From contig NZ_JARBTK010000005.1 in NCBI RefSeq assembly GCF_029240215.1, forward strand, positions 19,813 to 83,812: DNA of 64,000 bases. Reading direction: 5' to 3'. Shown here piece after piece: positions 24,148 to 34,525 of this stretch. A model generated the notes under the pieces. The model did not search any database, was not told where the DNA came from, and was given only the letters and a program-made list of their open reading frames with translations. The first letter of the stretch is position 1, and the number at the start of each line of letters is the position of its first letter. The stretch comes from Chryseobacterium sp. (GTDB lineage Bacteria > Bacteroidota > Bacteroidia > Flavobacteriales > Weeksellaceae). Both the position numbers and the translations under genes were made by a program.

Positions 24148-25314
24148 ATGGATAATCAACCCAATGAAAATATAGATCCGCTTCAGTCGATCGAACCCTT
24201 GAAGACATTTGAGCCAACTCCACTTCAACCGGCACAGCCAACTCAAAATTCTGCTCCGGCAGTTTTGGTTGACAGAGACGGGAATGTGAATTTAAGCCAG
24301 ATTCAGGATGCAGAACGTCATAAGTATGAGTTGTTGGCAAATGCAATTGATGAATCTAATCCCGGCTCTATCGTAAATTTCGGTTCAGATCTGCAGAAAA
24401 CTTTAGCGAATCAGAGTGACAGTTTCTTAGGAAACGTACGAAGATCAAACTCAGGTGAAGTAGGAGAATTGATCAATAATTTATTGATTGAATTAAATTA
24501 TGTTGACGTTGATGAGATAAACGGAAGCAAAGTAAAAGGTTTTCTTAGCAGACTTCCTTTCATGAAAAAGATGATGACCCAAGTGGATAATCTTTTTGCT
24601 AAGTATGATAAAATCACAAGCAATATCGATCAGATTTCTCACAAAGTAAACGCAGGAATCATTACTTCGACTAAAGATAATGCGGTTTTGCAGACGATTT
24701 TTGACAGTAATGTAAACTCAATCAAAGCTATTGAAGATCTGGTGATTGCCGGAAATCTGAGAATGGAAAAAGCAGCTGTAGAATTGGCTGAAATGGAAAC
24801 CAATGTTCAGAATTTTGCTGATTACCAAATTGCTGACAAAAGGGATTTCATCAACAGATTAGACAGAAGATTAGCTGATTTAAAAGTGGTACGTCTGATT
24901 ATGATGCAGTCACTTCCGCAAATCAGACTGGTACAGAATAATAACGTTTCGATTGCTGAAAAAGCACAAACGATTTTAACGACCACTTTACCTGTTTGGA
25001 AAAATCAGCTTTCATTAGCAGTTGCAATGCACAGACAGCAGCAAAATATTGAAGTTCAGCAGAAAGTTTCTTCTACTACAGAAGAAATTTTGAGAAAAAA
25101 TGCAGAACGTCTGGGTCAGAATTCAATCAACGTAGCGAAAGCTAACGAGCAGACTATTGTTTCGGCTGAAACACTAAAAGAAACTACTGCAATGCTGATT
25201 AATACGTTGAACGAAGTGAAGCAGATTCAGAAACAAGGTACAGAAAGCAGAAGAAAACTTGATCAGGATCTTCAGACTTTAGAATCAGAATTAAAAGCTA
25301 ATATAAGAGGGTAA
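24148..25314 (+). CDS. telA: Toxic anion resistance protein (TelA/KlaB)
   Basis: RRL.DL......QSLPQIRLVQNNN..., TTLPVWKNQL. Confidence 0.85.
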   Translation: MDNQPNENIDPLQSIEPLKTFEPTPLQPAQPTQNSAPAVLVDRDGNVNLSQIQDAERHKYELLANAIDESNPGSIVNFGSDLQKTLANQSDSFLGNVRRSNSGEVGELINNLLIELNYVDVDEINGSKVKGFLSRLPFMKKMMTQVDNLFAKYDKITSNIDQISHKVNAGIITSTKDNAVLQTIFDSNVNSIKAIEDLVIAGNLRMEKAAVELAEMETNVQNFADYQIADKRDFINRLDRRLADLKVVRLIMMQSLPQIRLVQNNNVSIAEKAQTILTTTLPVWKNQLSLAVAMHRQQQNIEVQQKVSSTTEEILRKNAERLGQNSINVAKANEQTIVSAETLKETTAMLINTLNEVKQIQKQGTESRRKLDQDLQTLESELKANIRG

Positions 25315-25328
25315 AATAGGGCAAAAGC

Positions 25329-26273
25329 GTGAATGATGAGGTTGTAAACATAATGTCCCAAAGCAGAAGAAGATTAACAAAGCTTAAACTTCTCTCTAAT
25401 TTCTTTGAAAATATTGATGTCATATCGGTGTACATAAAAACAGATATTATTCATAAATTATTCGAAGAAAACAAGACTTTAGATTACAGTAAACTTGAAC
25501 TTTTCCATTTGCAGTATACTGACAGCCTGATAGAACTGTTGACGAAGATCAAAAAGAAAAAAGAAAATGATCTGTTGGCAGTAATTAATGAAATTAATAT
25601 CAACAATCAATATATTGATGCTTTTGAAGAAAAAAAAGTAGATAATTTTGAAACAGACAGAAAGTTCTACAGCGGAGTTTTTTCTGAACATTTAAGAAAG
25701 CTCTATAAAGATCTTACTGAAGATAAATTTTCTCTGAACTGGAATGACGTTCTATATTTTCACAAAAAATATGCAATAGAATTCTACAGAACGGAAGCTG
25801 ATGAAACTAAACTGAAAATGGGGAATGTTCCGTCATATCAGTATCAGGATTATTCGATCGAGAGAAAATTGTTGGGGAAACTGAATATTCAAAATTTTAA
25901 AGTTCGTTTCGTTTGTGGTTACAGAATTGGACGTGATGAATATGAGCTGTTTAAGATTTTTCAGTCTGATGAGCATTTCATTTTTAACGTTGAAGAAAGA
26001 AGGTTGTATTTGATTGATGATGAATTGTCCTATTTAGATACTTCAGAAAACGAATCGAATCAGGCTTCGGTTATGAATCAGCTTAAAAGAAGAAATGAAG
26101 AGCTTGAGGAAACCATTCATGAAAGAAAAAGAATTCTTCCGGAAGGAGTAGACAATGTTTTAAAAGATTATCTCAAAAATATCGAAAGCGTAGATATTAT
26201 GAGCAAAATATTTGATGTCAACGAAGAAACCAATATTCTTCGTGCAATGCTCAATTTAAATTTAAACAATTAA
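25329..26273 (+). CDS. Hypothetical protein in the Ter/TelA cluster
   Basis: 314-aa ORF packed between telA and terD. Confidence 0.7.
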   Translation: MNDEVVNIMSQSRRRLTKLKLLSNFFENIDVISVYIKTDIIHKLFEENKTLDYSKLELFHLQYTDSLIELLTKIKKKKENDLLAVINEININNQYIDAFEEKKVDNFETDRKFYSGVFSEHLRKLYKDLTEDKFSLNWNDVLYFHKKYAIEFYRTEADETKLKMGNVPSYQYQDYSIERKLLGKLNIQNFKVRFVCGYRIGRDEYELFKIFQSDEHFIFNVEERRLYLIDDELSYLDTSENESNQASVMNQLKRRNEELEETIHERKRILPEGVDNVLKDYLKNIESVDIMSKIFDVNEETNILRAMLNLNLNN

Positions 26274-26305
26274 ACTAAATTTTAATAATAAATAAACAAG
26301 ATAAA

Positions 26306-26917
26306 ATGGCGATTAACTTACAAAAAGGTCAGAGAATAAACCTTACCAAGGAAAACGGAACGACGCTTTCTCAAGCTTGTGTCGGGATCAATTGGGGGGC
26401 AATCGAGAAAAAGAGTTTTTTCGGCGGAACTTCAAAAGAAGCAGTTGACTTAGATGGCAGCTGTATTTTATACGATGCAAATAAAAATGCAACTGAGGTA
26501 ATCTATTTTGGAAACCTTAAATCTAAAAACGGCTCTGTAAAACACAGCGGAGACGATTTAACAGGTGACGTGAATGGTGATGACGGCTTAGATAACGAAG
26601 TGATCACGGTTGATTTTGCCAATTTAGATCCGGCTGTTGAGCACGTTGCTTTGGTTTTAAATAGTTATAGAGGTCAGGATTTCGGAACAATTCCTTTTGC
26701 GTCAATCCGTATTTATGAAGGAACACCTACGAATGTAAGAGAGGTTTTTGCTAAATATGATATCGCAAACGACAAATCGTTCAACGGTCATGTTGCCATG
26801 GTAATGGGAGTTTTCTATAAGAGAAACAACGAATGGAAATTCAATGCGATCGGAGATCCTACAGCTGACAGAAAACTGGAGCAGACGATTCAGACCGTTC
26901 AGCAAAAATATTTGTAA
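26306..26917 (+). CDS. terD: TerD/TerZ family protein
   Basis: VGINWG, VDLDGS, HSGDDLTGD, EWKFNAIG. Confidence 0.88.
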   Translation: MAINLQKGQRINLTKENGTTLSQACVGINWGAIEKKSFFGGTSKEAVDLDGSCILYDANKNATEVIYFGNLKSKNGSVKHSGDDLTGDVNGDDGLDNEVITVDFANLDPAVEHVALVLNSYRGQDFGTIPFASIRIYEGTPTNVREVFAKYDIANDKSFNGHVAMVMGVFYKRNNEWKFNAIGDPTADRKLEQTIQTVQQKYL

Positions 26918-27028
26918 GATTTTAAATAAAAAATGTCTGAAATGATCTAATTTTAGACTCAAAAATTAAGCAATAGCTGTATTTTTACAGTTGTTGCTTT
27001 TATCATATAATAACATATAATAAACATA

Positions 27029-28066
27029 GTGGAACAACATAACATTTTAGATTTACACCCGGGGTTGGTGTGGGGGTTTGCGGTAACAGTCGTTGTCATG
27101 CTGCTTCTGGATTTAGGAGTTTTCAACAAAAAAAGTCATGAGGTTTCTTCAAAAGAAGCGACAATCTGGTCAGTAGTCTGGATTTCCCTTTCAATGATCT
27201 TTTCGGGAGTTGTCTATTGGGTTTTCAATACAGACGGAACGGCCGGAAGTCATGCGGTTGCGGTAGAAAAGTTCACTCAGTATCAGGCTGCTTACTGGAT
27301 TGAAAAAGCTCTATCAGTCGATAATCTTTTCGTATTTATCTTAGTTTTTGGTTTCTTTAAAGTCCCTAAATTCCTTCATCATAAGGTTTTATTTTGGGGA
27401 ATTATCGGAGCTTTGATCTTCAGGGCGATCTTTATTTTTGCCGGAGTTGAATTGATTGAATTAACTTATTTGCCTGAAATGAATATTTTCGGTCATGCTG
27501 TTAAAATCAATGTGGTAATGACTCTTTTCGGATTGTTTTTGATCTATGCAGGAATCAAATCTTGGGGCGATGGTGACGGTGATGATGATGAAGATTATAG
27601 CGATACGGCAGGTGCAAAACTGATAAAAAGTTTCTGGAAAGTTTCTGATAACTACGATGGCGACAAGTTCTTCACCGTACAAAACGGAATCAGAATGGCA
27701 ACACCGCTTTTGGTAGTAGTTGCAGTAATTGAGTTTACAGACGTATTGTTTGCGGTAGATTCTATTCCGGCGATTTTTGCGATTTCAAATGATCCGTTTA
27801 TCCTTTATACTTCAAATATTTTTGCGATTTTAGGATTAAGATCATTGTATTTCTTGCTGGCAAACTTCATTCATATGTTCAGCAAATTACCTTATGGTTT
27901 AGCAATTATCTTAGCCTTTATCGGTGTTAAAATGCTGATCGCACCATGGTATCATATCTCATCACCAATTTCATTAGGAATTGTAGGTGGAGTATTGGTT
28001 ATCTCGGTTTTGCTTTCTGTCCTATTTCCCGATAAAAAGGAAGATGAGAAAGAACAATTAGATTAA
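27029..28066 (+). CDS. terC: TerC/Alx family membrane protein
   Basis: EKALSVDNLFVF, LFWGIIGALIFR, DVLFAVDSIPA, TSNIFAILGLRSL. Confidence 0.92.
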   Translation: MEQHNILDLHPGLVWGFAVTVVVMLLLDLGVFNKKSHEVSSKEATIWSVVWISLSMIFSGVVYWVFNTDGTAGSHAVAVEKFTQYQAAYWIEKALSVDNLFVFILVFGFFKVPKFLHHKVLFWGIIGALIFRAIFIFAGVELIELTYLPEMNIFGHAVKINVVMTLFGLFLIYAGIKSWGDGDGDDDEDYSDTAGAKLIKSFWKVSDNYDGDKFFTVQNGIRMATPLLVVVAVIEFTDVLFAVDSIPAIFAISNDPFILYTSNIFAILGLRSLYFLLANFIHMFSKLPYGLAIILAFIGVKMLIAPWYHISSPISLGIVGGVLVISVLLSVLFPDKKEDEKEQLD

Positions 28067-28080
28067 TAATAAATATCGAA

Positions 28081-28109
28081 AGGCTTTACAATTTGTAGAG
28101 CCTTTTTTT
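28081..28109 (+). terminator. Intrinsic terminator after terC
   Basis: AGGCTTTACA/TGTAGAGCCT + T run. Confidence 0.7.
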
Positions 28110-28267
28110 ATATCCCAACTTCAAATGTATTGATGAGACAGTGTATTTAAACGTACCAACTATTTTTCAGTACATTATCCATTAAGTATTGAAATGACTA
28201 ATTTCAAAAAGTATGTAATGCAAAATTCTTTACTGTTGATGGATTATAATAAGATGTCAGGTTTGAG

Positions 28268-29815
28268 CTAAGGTGTTTGTTTTTCAGATGAAGACAATGA
28301 TAAAAACTGAGAAGGTGAGATTCCGGTAACCTCCTTAAATTTTGTAGAAAAAGTACTGTGGGAAACAAATCCCGAGTCTTCTGCAAGAAAACTGATCTTG
28401 TAATTTCGGTAGCTGGGGTTTTCAGTTATTTTTTTTGTGATATAGTTTATTCTTAATTCATTGATGTAATTGTTGAAGTTTTTATTATAATGCTGGTTGA
28501 TAATTCTGGAAAGATAATTGGTATTGGTATTAAGATGCGATGCCAATTTTGAAAGTGACATATCCTGGTCCCTGAACATTTCTTCATTTTCAAAAATATT
28601 GAGTTTTTCTAAAATATCTAATTCCAGATCAGTATTAATTGAAGTTTGTACTGAGGCAGATAAGCTTTCAATGATTGTTTCTGTTTGTGTAGGATGCTGT
28701 GACTGAAATTGTTTTACATATTCCTGATAAAGTTTTTTCTGTTTTTTTAGAATAAAGAAATACCAAAAAGTAATGATGAGCAGTAGTATTGCAAAGATTA
28801 ATAATAGGTATAGCAGATTTGAGACCCTTTTTTCTTTTTCATCAATGATTTTGATTTTATCATTTTTGATCTTACTTACTGCTGCTTCTACTCCATTTTT
28901 ATTTTGTGTATTTATTAATTGCTTATAATGTTCTGCACTATCTGCATATTTTGAAATATTTTTTATGTCTTTTAATTTAATACTTGCTTCAATAATTTTA
29001 CCATATATATAAGATTTTACTTCAGGAGTAATATAAATGTTTGGAGAAGAAAGTGCATTTTTATAATATTTTAAGGCTTCATTATAATTTTTATCATCAA
29101 ATTCCATGTCTCCAAGATCTCTATAAATACCATAAAGATAATTTTTATGAGGGTTTTGTAAACTGGCTTTAATACCCTTGTTATAATAAAATCTGGCACT
29201 ATCATACACCTTACTTTCTTTATAGGCATTCCCTAACCCAAGAAATGTATGACTTAAGATTTTATAATATTCTTCATTATGCTTAATTTTTCTCAAAAGA
29301 AAAATATTTTCTTTATTAACCTTCAGGGCTTTGTCCGTTTCCTTTTCAAATTTATAAAGATTACTAAGAACTGAATTAATGCTAAGTGTTACCACTGCAT
29401 TCTCTTCACTGTTTTTTATGTATGAGCTATATCGTTTCGCCTTCAAAAGATATTCCTCAGCTTCTGAAGCTAGCCCTAAAAAACCATAAACTTCTCCCAT
29501 GTTGCAATTCACAAGTGCTTTACATCCATTATCTTCTGTTTTTTCTGAAAAAACCAAAGCTTTTTGAATATATTTTACTGCTGATTTAGAATTTCCTTTG
29601 ATCATAAAAGCCATACCTATAATACGGTTAGTATGTGCTTTAAAACGATCCGAATGTCCATCTTTAAGTAAAAATGATTCACCCAAAGAAATTTTTTTAT
29701 CAGGGTTCGTTGTTGATTTAAGGAGAGAAATAAGACTGTCTTCTTTCTTGTTAATTGTCTGAGCATTTCCTAAGAAAATAAACAGTAAGAAAAGTATAAA
29801 ATATGGTTTCATCAT
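28268..29815 (-). CDS. TPR + TM + AraC HTH one-component regulator
   Basis: Signal peptide, TPR helices, TM, C-terminal LSKLASHLNTNTNYLS...FNNYINELRI...GF.S.STF. Confidence 0.88.
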   Translation of the reverse strand: MMKPYFILFLLFIFLGNAQTINKKEDSLISLLKSTTNPDKKISLGESFLLKDGHSDRFKAHTNRIIGMAFMIKGNSKSAVKYIQKALVFSEKTEDNGCKALVNCNMGEVYGFLGLASEAEEYLLKAKRYSSYIKNSEENAVVTLSINSVLSNLYKFEKETDKALKVNKENIFLLRKIKHNEEYYKILSHTFLGLGNAYKESKVYDSARFYYNKGIKASLQNPHKNYLYGIYRDLGDMEFDDKNYNEALKYYKNALSSPNIYITPEVKSYIYGKIIEASIKLKDIKNISKYADSAEHYKQLINTQNKNGVEAAVSKIKNDKIKIIDEKEKRVSNLLYLLLIFAILLLIITFWYFFILKKQKKLYQEYVKQFQSQHPTQTETIIESLSASVQTSINTDLELDILEKLNIFENEEMFRDQDMSLSKLASHLNTNTNYLSRIINQHYNKNFNNYINELRINYITKKITENPSYRNYKISFLAEDSGFVSHSTFSTKFKEVTGISPSQFLSLSSSEKQTP

Positions 29816-30114
29816 TTGTAAAGTTGTACAAATTTAGATAAAATAAATTTTAGTATCGAGAAAACGATCTCGTATTTGGGTTTTACAATTATATGATTAT
29901 CAGTATTTTGTTTTTATATATTTTTAAAATTAATAATTCTGAAAGCCTATTCTTTTTCATGTAAGCATATTCCCGCTTCCTTTGCAGTCGTCATTATGAT
30001 TAGGAACAACCCAAATTTTAAATGAAAAAAATATTAAGTAAAATAAATGATCAAATGATGCAAATTATTTGGCAATAAAGAATACAAACACAACTTTCGA
30101 AAAACAATTTTAAA

Positions 30115-31557
30115 ATGAAAAAAAATATCATTCTTTTAGCTTTAGCAATTTCTTCACTGGCTTATTCTCAGGTGGGTATCAATAATGAAACCCCGAAAGC
30201 AACATTAGACATTACAGCAAAAACCACAGACGGTACAAAACCGGAAGGCATCATAGCGCCAAGATTGACGGGTGATCAGATAAAACTTGGAGATGCTCAG
30301 TATGATACTTCACAAACGGGAACAATTGTTTATGCAACTGCTGCGGTTACCACCACACCAACAGTAACCGACAAAACAAAAAATATTACAGCTATTGGCT
30401 ATTACTATTTTGATGGGGCTTTCTGGCAATCTTTGAATGGTTCTGCCACAGAACCCTGGAAGGTATCGGGTTCAACTACTCCTGCGACAAGCAATACACA
30501 GAACATTTACCAGACAGGTAGAGTGGGAATAGGAAGTAACCCTGGTGCTACTCCTGAAGCGAATCTGAATGTTTTTGAAAGTAATGCTGACGGAAATACG
30601 GGGACTTCGTTTGGGATAAAAAATACGATGTCTTCTAATAAGCAAGGTATTAAATACGGCATCAATAATTTTCTATACGACAATTCTACTGCTGGATCAG
30701 GAGGCTTGTACGGCACATATTCTTCAACAATTGACGGTTCAACAGTATCAAAACCAGGCTATGGAGGATATTTCACTTATGACTTGAGCGGGGCTAAAAA
30801 CAATGGAATTACTACACACACTCATGGTATGAGAAACACTATCGCATTAGAATCCGTCGGGGGAGACTTGACGAGCGGTTACGCTTATGCCAATTTTGCA
30901 GATGCCAAGGGATATGCTGCGGGAGGCAACCTCACGTTGACAGATTTGCGTGCATACAGTGGCTATACACTTCCCACAGCTTCTGCTGGGCATACGGCTT
31001 CTATAACCGGTCTTTTTGGTGGTCATTATACCGTGAGACCTAACCCTAATGGAGGGACAATCACATCTTCCGAAGTATACGGTGTCAGCGGACAGTTTGA
31101 TCCAACTGCTGTTTCAGCTTCAGGTACTTTTAATGCTACTTCACAGATTGCGGCTCTCCGCTCATATATAAACTTAGACGGAGCGGCTATCTATAACATC
31201 AATAATCTGTATGGTATTTTCGTAGACAAAGGTCCTGCCTCAGGCACAAACGCAACTATCAACAGAGCCATAGGCTTATATATCGAACCTTTCACTTTTA
31301 CAGGAGCCAATGCTGCCAACTCCTATAATATATATTCGGAAGGATCCCTTACCAAAAACTACTTTGAAGGGAAAGTAGGGATAGGATTAAATGCTCCAGC
31401 TGCGCAATTGCATATTGTAAAACAGGCAGCTGATCTTACTCCCGCAATTATAGAAGGATGTGGGGTATATGCAGACAATACAGAAGCATCTACTGCAGGT
31501 TTACCGGTTGGTGCTTTGTATCGTACCGCTTCAGGTGTTTTAATGGTAAGATATTAA
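30115..31557 (+). CDS. Exported Gly/Thr/Ala-rich protein
   Basis: Signal peptide, QVGINNETPKATLDI start, repeated VGIG..P.A.L motif. Confidence 0.75.
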   Translation: MKKNIILLALAISSLAYSQVGINNETPKATLDITAKTTDGTKPEGIIAPRLTGDQIKLGDAQYDTSQTGTIVYATAAVTTTPTVTDKTKNITAIGYYYFDGAFWQSLNGSATEPWKVSGSTTPATSNTQNIYQTGRVGIGSNPGATPEANLNVFESNADGNTGTSFGIKNTMSSNKQGIKYGINNFLYDNSTAGSGGLYGTYSSTIDGSTVSKPGYGGYFTYDLSGAKNNGITTHTHGMRNTIALESVGGDLTSGYAYANFADAKGYAAGGNLTLTDLRAYSGYTLPTASAGHTASITGLFGGHYTVRPNPNGGTITSSEVYGVSGQFDPTAVSASGTFNATSQIAALRSYINLDGAAIYNINNLYGIFVDKGPASGTNATINRAIGLYIEPFTFTGANAANSYNIYSEGSLTKNYFEGKVGIGLNAPAAQLHIVKQAADLTPAIIEGCGVYADNTEASTAGLPVGALYRTASGVLMVRY

Positions 31558-31707
31558 TAATGGTTTACGCTCCTAAATCTAAGCAGTTTATTGAATACTA
31601 TAAAATAAAAAGAGCATAAAAGTGAATTTGTTTACTTGTGTTTTTATCAATTCCTTAATGTAATTACCGCTTCGAAAGAAGCGGTAATTTTTTTAACCAA
31701 TAATTAG

Positions 31708-32025
31708 TTGCCGCAGATGCACAAATAAAATGTATTGCTTTTTTTAAGCTATTTGTATTTGTGCATCTGTGGCAATATAACAGACTTTAAGCTTTATATG
31801 ATTTATCTTAATGAATGTTCGTAACTATTAATAACTTAGTTTTTAACGGTTTGTTTGTCATTCTGTAGGAATCTCAACACACTGAAAATAAAGCAGTTTA
31901 GATTCCTCCGGAATGACAAAATGACTGCTGATTTTAGCGTTATGATTAAAAACGGACATTCATATTTATCTTATATAGTTTAGAAAAAACAATACCTTTT
32001 TATTTGTGCATCTGTGGCAATATAA
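31708..32025. repeat. Stack of small IR elements
   Basis: IR 31708-31727/31756-31775; TTTGTCATT element 31854-31920; 25-bp direct repeat 31756-31780 = 32001-32025. Confidence 0.65.
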
Positions 32026-32045
32026 AAAATTTAAGCTTATATAGT

Positions 32046-33047
32046 TTACTTATACTTCAAAAGCTTATTAATCTTCTTTCTCGTCTGAAGCGAAGCTTTA
32101 TACGCCTCATCTCTCAATTTCTGAATTTTCCCGACCGGCTGGAAGATTTCTGCACTTTCAAAAGGATTGAATGACAGCAATTCATTGTCGCAGGCTTTAG
32201 GATTGATCAAAGAATTTTTCTCAATTTTTACTTCACCTATTTTGATAAATGGTGAGTGTTCCCATTCCCGGTTCAGAATATTGATGGGCTGGTCTTTTAA
32301 ATCATAACACAGCTGAATCAGTACATCAGAATAGTAGTTTTCGTAAAGACAAAAATCTTCAATGGCTTTTCGGGTGCTGAGTTTTCTGCCGAAATTTTTT
32401 TTAATGTTTTGTGGTCTCAGTTTAATCTTAATCATATGATCCCCCAAACGATAAGCACCTACCGAATGATAATTAAAAGACAGAAAAAAATCATTTCTTT
32501 TCATGAAAAGTTCCCAGCTTTTTTTAAAAAACGATGCTGTCAAAATGCCTGGCAACACCTTATAAAATTGCGAAATCAATTGAAAGGAATTACCCCATTT
32601 TTTGGTAAAAAAACGATTGATTGCAGTAAATAGCTTCAAAAATTTAGAAACTGAATTAATCGGGAACAATGGAAAATTCACCAACGGATAATTGGCAATT
32701 GTACGGTCTGCATCATCTTTTATTTTGATTGAAAACCCATAGGCAGGAATGTCTTTTTTATTTCTATTAATTTTTAAGTGAGCATTTGAAAGCCTTACGA
32801 CGATATTGTATTTTTCTTTATCAAAAAGATATAAAAGATCTGACCGCATTTCAGGATTAATGATAAATTCTCCTTTCAAAACAGCATAGGTTTTTGCGTG
32901 TGCATTTCTTGTCGCGTAATTGACGTCGCTGATGGATGATGATTGTTCTACAAAATCTGCGATGCTTTTTTTTGCCTCTTCAAGGAGTTGTTTTTCTTCG
33001 TAGGAAAGCTTTTCAAAGTTCTTATTATATTTTAAAGGATTTGGCAT
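32046..33047 (-). CDS. Short catalase-related heme protein
   Basis: RNAHAK distal His, VRLSN, proximal RDEAY (RxxxY). Confidence 0.75.
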   Translation of the reverse strand: MPNPLKYNKNFEKLSYEEKQLLEEAKKSIADFVEQSSSISDVNYATRNAHAKTYAVLKGEFIINPEMRSDLLYLFDKEKYNIVVRLSNAHLKINRNKKDIPAYGFSIKIKDDADRTIANYPLVNFPLFPINSVSKFLKLFTAINRFFTKKWGNSFQLISQFYKVLPGILTASFFKKSWELFMKRNDFFLSFNYHSVGAYRLGDHMIKIKLRPQNIKKNFGRKLSTRKAIEDFCLYENYYSDVLIQLCYDLKDQPINILNREWEHSPFIKIGEVKIEKNSLINPKACDNELLSFNPFESAEIFQPVGKIQKLRDEAYKASLQTRKKINKLLKYK

Positions 33048-33334
33048 ATATTTTAAAAACTCAAGTATAACGCCAAGTTTTTAATTCTAGGTTAAGAGAA
33101 TATTAAACTTGTTTGAAATTTGTGTTTTTGGTAATAAAATTTTCAAATTTTAAAGATTTATTTGAAAAAGCTTTGTGATCTTCTATAAGTGGAACGGCTT
33201 TGTGTAACTTAAAAACAGTTAGCAGTTCATAAATCTTTGTGCACTTTGTGTTAAAAATTGTGCATGATGATTAATAACGACTAAACTTCAATCTTCTTCA
33301 CGCTCCAAAAAATCTTATCTTTGTAAAAAAAATT

Positions 33335-33769
33335 ATGGGAGTAGCAGATATGTTATTTAAGCGCAAAAAAGAACAGGCTGAGAAAAACCTGAAAGACGGA
33401 CAGGAATATATGACGGAATACGGTAAAAGAGAAAGCGTAGTGCAATTACCGAGCGGCTTGCAGTATGAAATTATCACTGAAGGTGACGGTCCGAAGCCAG
33501 GTCCGAAATCAATGGTAAAATGTCATTATCACGGAACAACGATTGGTGGTAAAGTTTTCGATAGTTCTGTGAAAAGAGGAACTCCGGCTTCATTTCCATT
33601 GAATAAAGTGATCAAGGGATGGACAGAAGGTTTGCAATTGATGTCTGTCGGAAGTAAATGGAGATTGATTATTCCACCGCATTTGGCATATGGAGATCAG
33701 CAGATCAGTAAAGAAATCGGACCCAACAGTACACTTGTCTTTCAGGTTGAGTTGTTGGAAATCAAATAA
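33335..33769 (+). CDS. FKBP-type peptidyl-prolyl isomerase
   Basis: HYHGT...FDSS..RG, VIKGW.EGL, IPPHLAYG. Confidence 0.93.
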   Translation: MGVADMLFKRKKEQAEKNLKDGQEYMTEYGKRESVVQLPSGLQYEIITEGDGPKPGPKSMVKCHYHGTTIGGKVFDSSVKRGTPASFPLNKVIKGWTEGLQLMSVGSKWRLIIPPHLAYGDQQISKEIGPNSTLVFQVELLEIK

Positions 33770-33869
33770 ATTTGATCAGTTAAAATATGAAGAATTACCT
33801 GTTTTTCGGGTAATTTTTTATTTAAATAAACAGTTTGAATCTGTAAATTTGAATCTGTAATTTTTTCAA

Positions 33870-34439
33870 ATGTCGGAATTAAAAAAAATCAGAGAACAGA
33901 AAAATCTCACTCAGGAAGAACTGGCTGAAAAATCAGGTATTTCCGTAAGAACCATTCAACGGATTGAGGCAGGAACATACCCGAAAGGTTATACGCTGAA
34001 AACCTTGGCTGCCACTCTTGATATTTCTGAAAAGCAATTATTACATCAGGAAATCCCGCAGGAAATTTTTGTTGAAAATTCTCTTCCATCGTCAGAAAAA
34101 GATGAGGTTCTTAATTATACTCTCATCAAAATGATTAATCTGTCTTCAATTCCTTTTGCGTGGTTTCCGGTTGCCAATTTTCTGCCGCCTTTATTGATGA
34201 TGCTCTTCACAAAAGAGAAATCCTCAATTGTAAAACAAATCATTTCTCTTCAGATATTTTTAGCCATTATTTCGCCCATTATTTTTCTGATTGTTGCCTT
34301 CTTAAAACTCGGTTCGGCATCTGTAATGATAACGATGATTTGCTTAACACTTGGAAATGTTTTCATTATTCTGAGAAATGCTTACGAAATTGACAAGAAA
34401 CGAAATCTTCGCTATAGCTTGAATTTCAGTATTATATAA
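33870..34439 (+). CDS. XRE HTH + membrane domain protein
   Basis: LTQEELAEKSGISVRTIQRIE; C-terminal TMs. Confidence 0.85.
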   Translation: MSELKKIREQKNLTQEELAEKSGISVRTIQRIEAGTYPKGYTLKTLAATLDISEKQLLHQEIPQEIFVENSLPSSEKDEVLNYTLIKMINLSSIPFAWFPVANFLPPLLMMLFTKEKSSIVKQIISLQIFLAIISPIIFLIVAFLKLGSASVMITMICLTLGNVFIILRNAYEIDKKRNLRYSLNFSII

Positions 34440-34525
34440 ATTTGTCATCCAGTTGTCGGGTTTTTGTCGGGGTGAATTTTTGAATTAAAACTGATTAATT
34501 CTGAATCTTTGTCAAAAATAATTCA

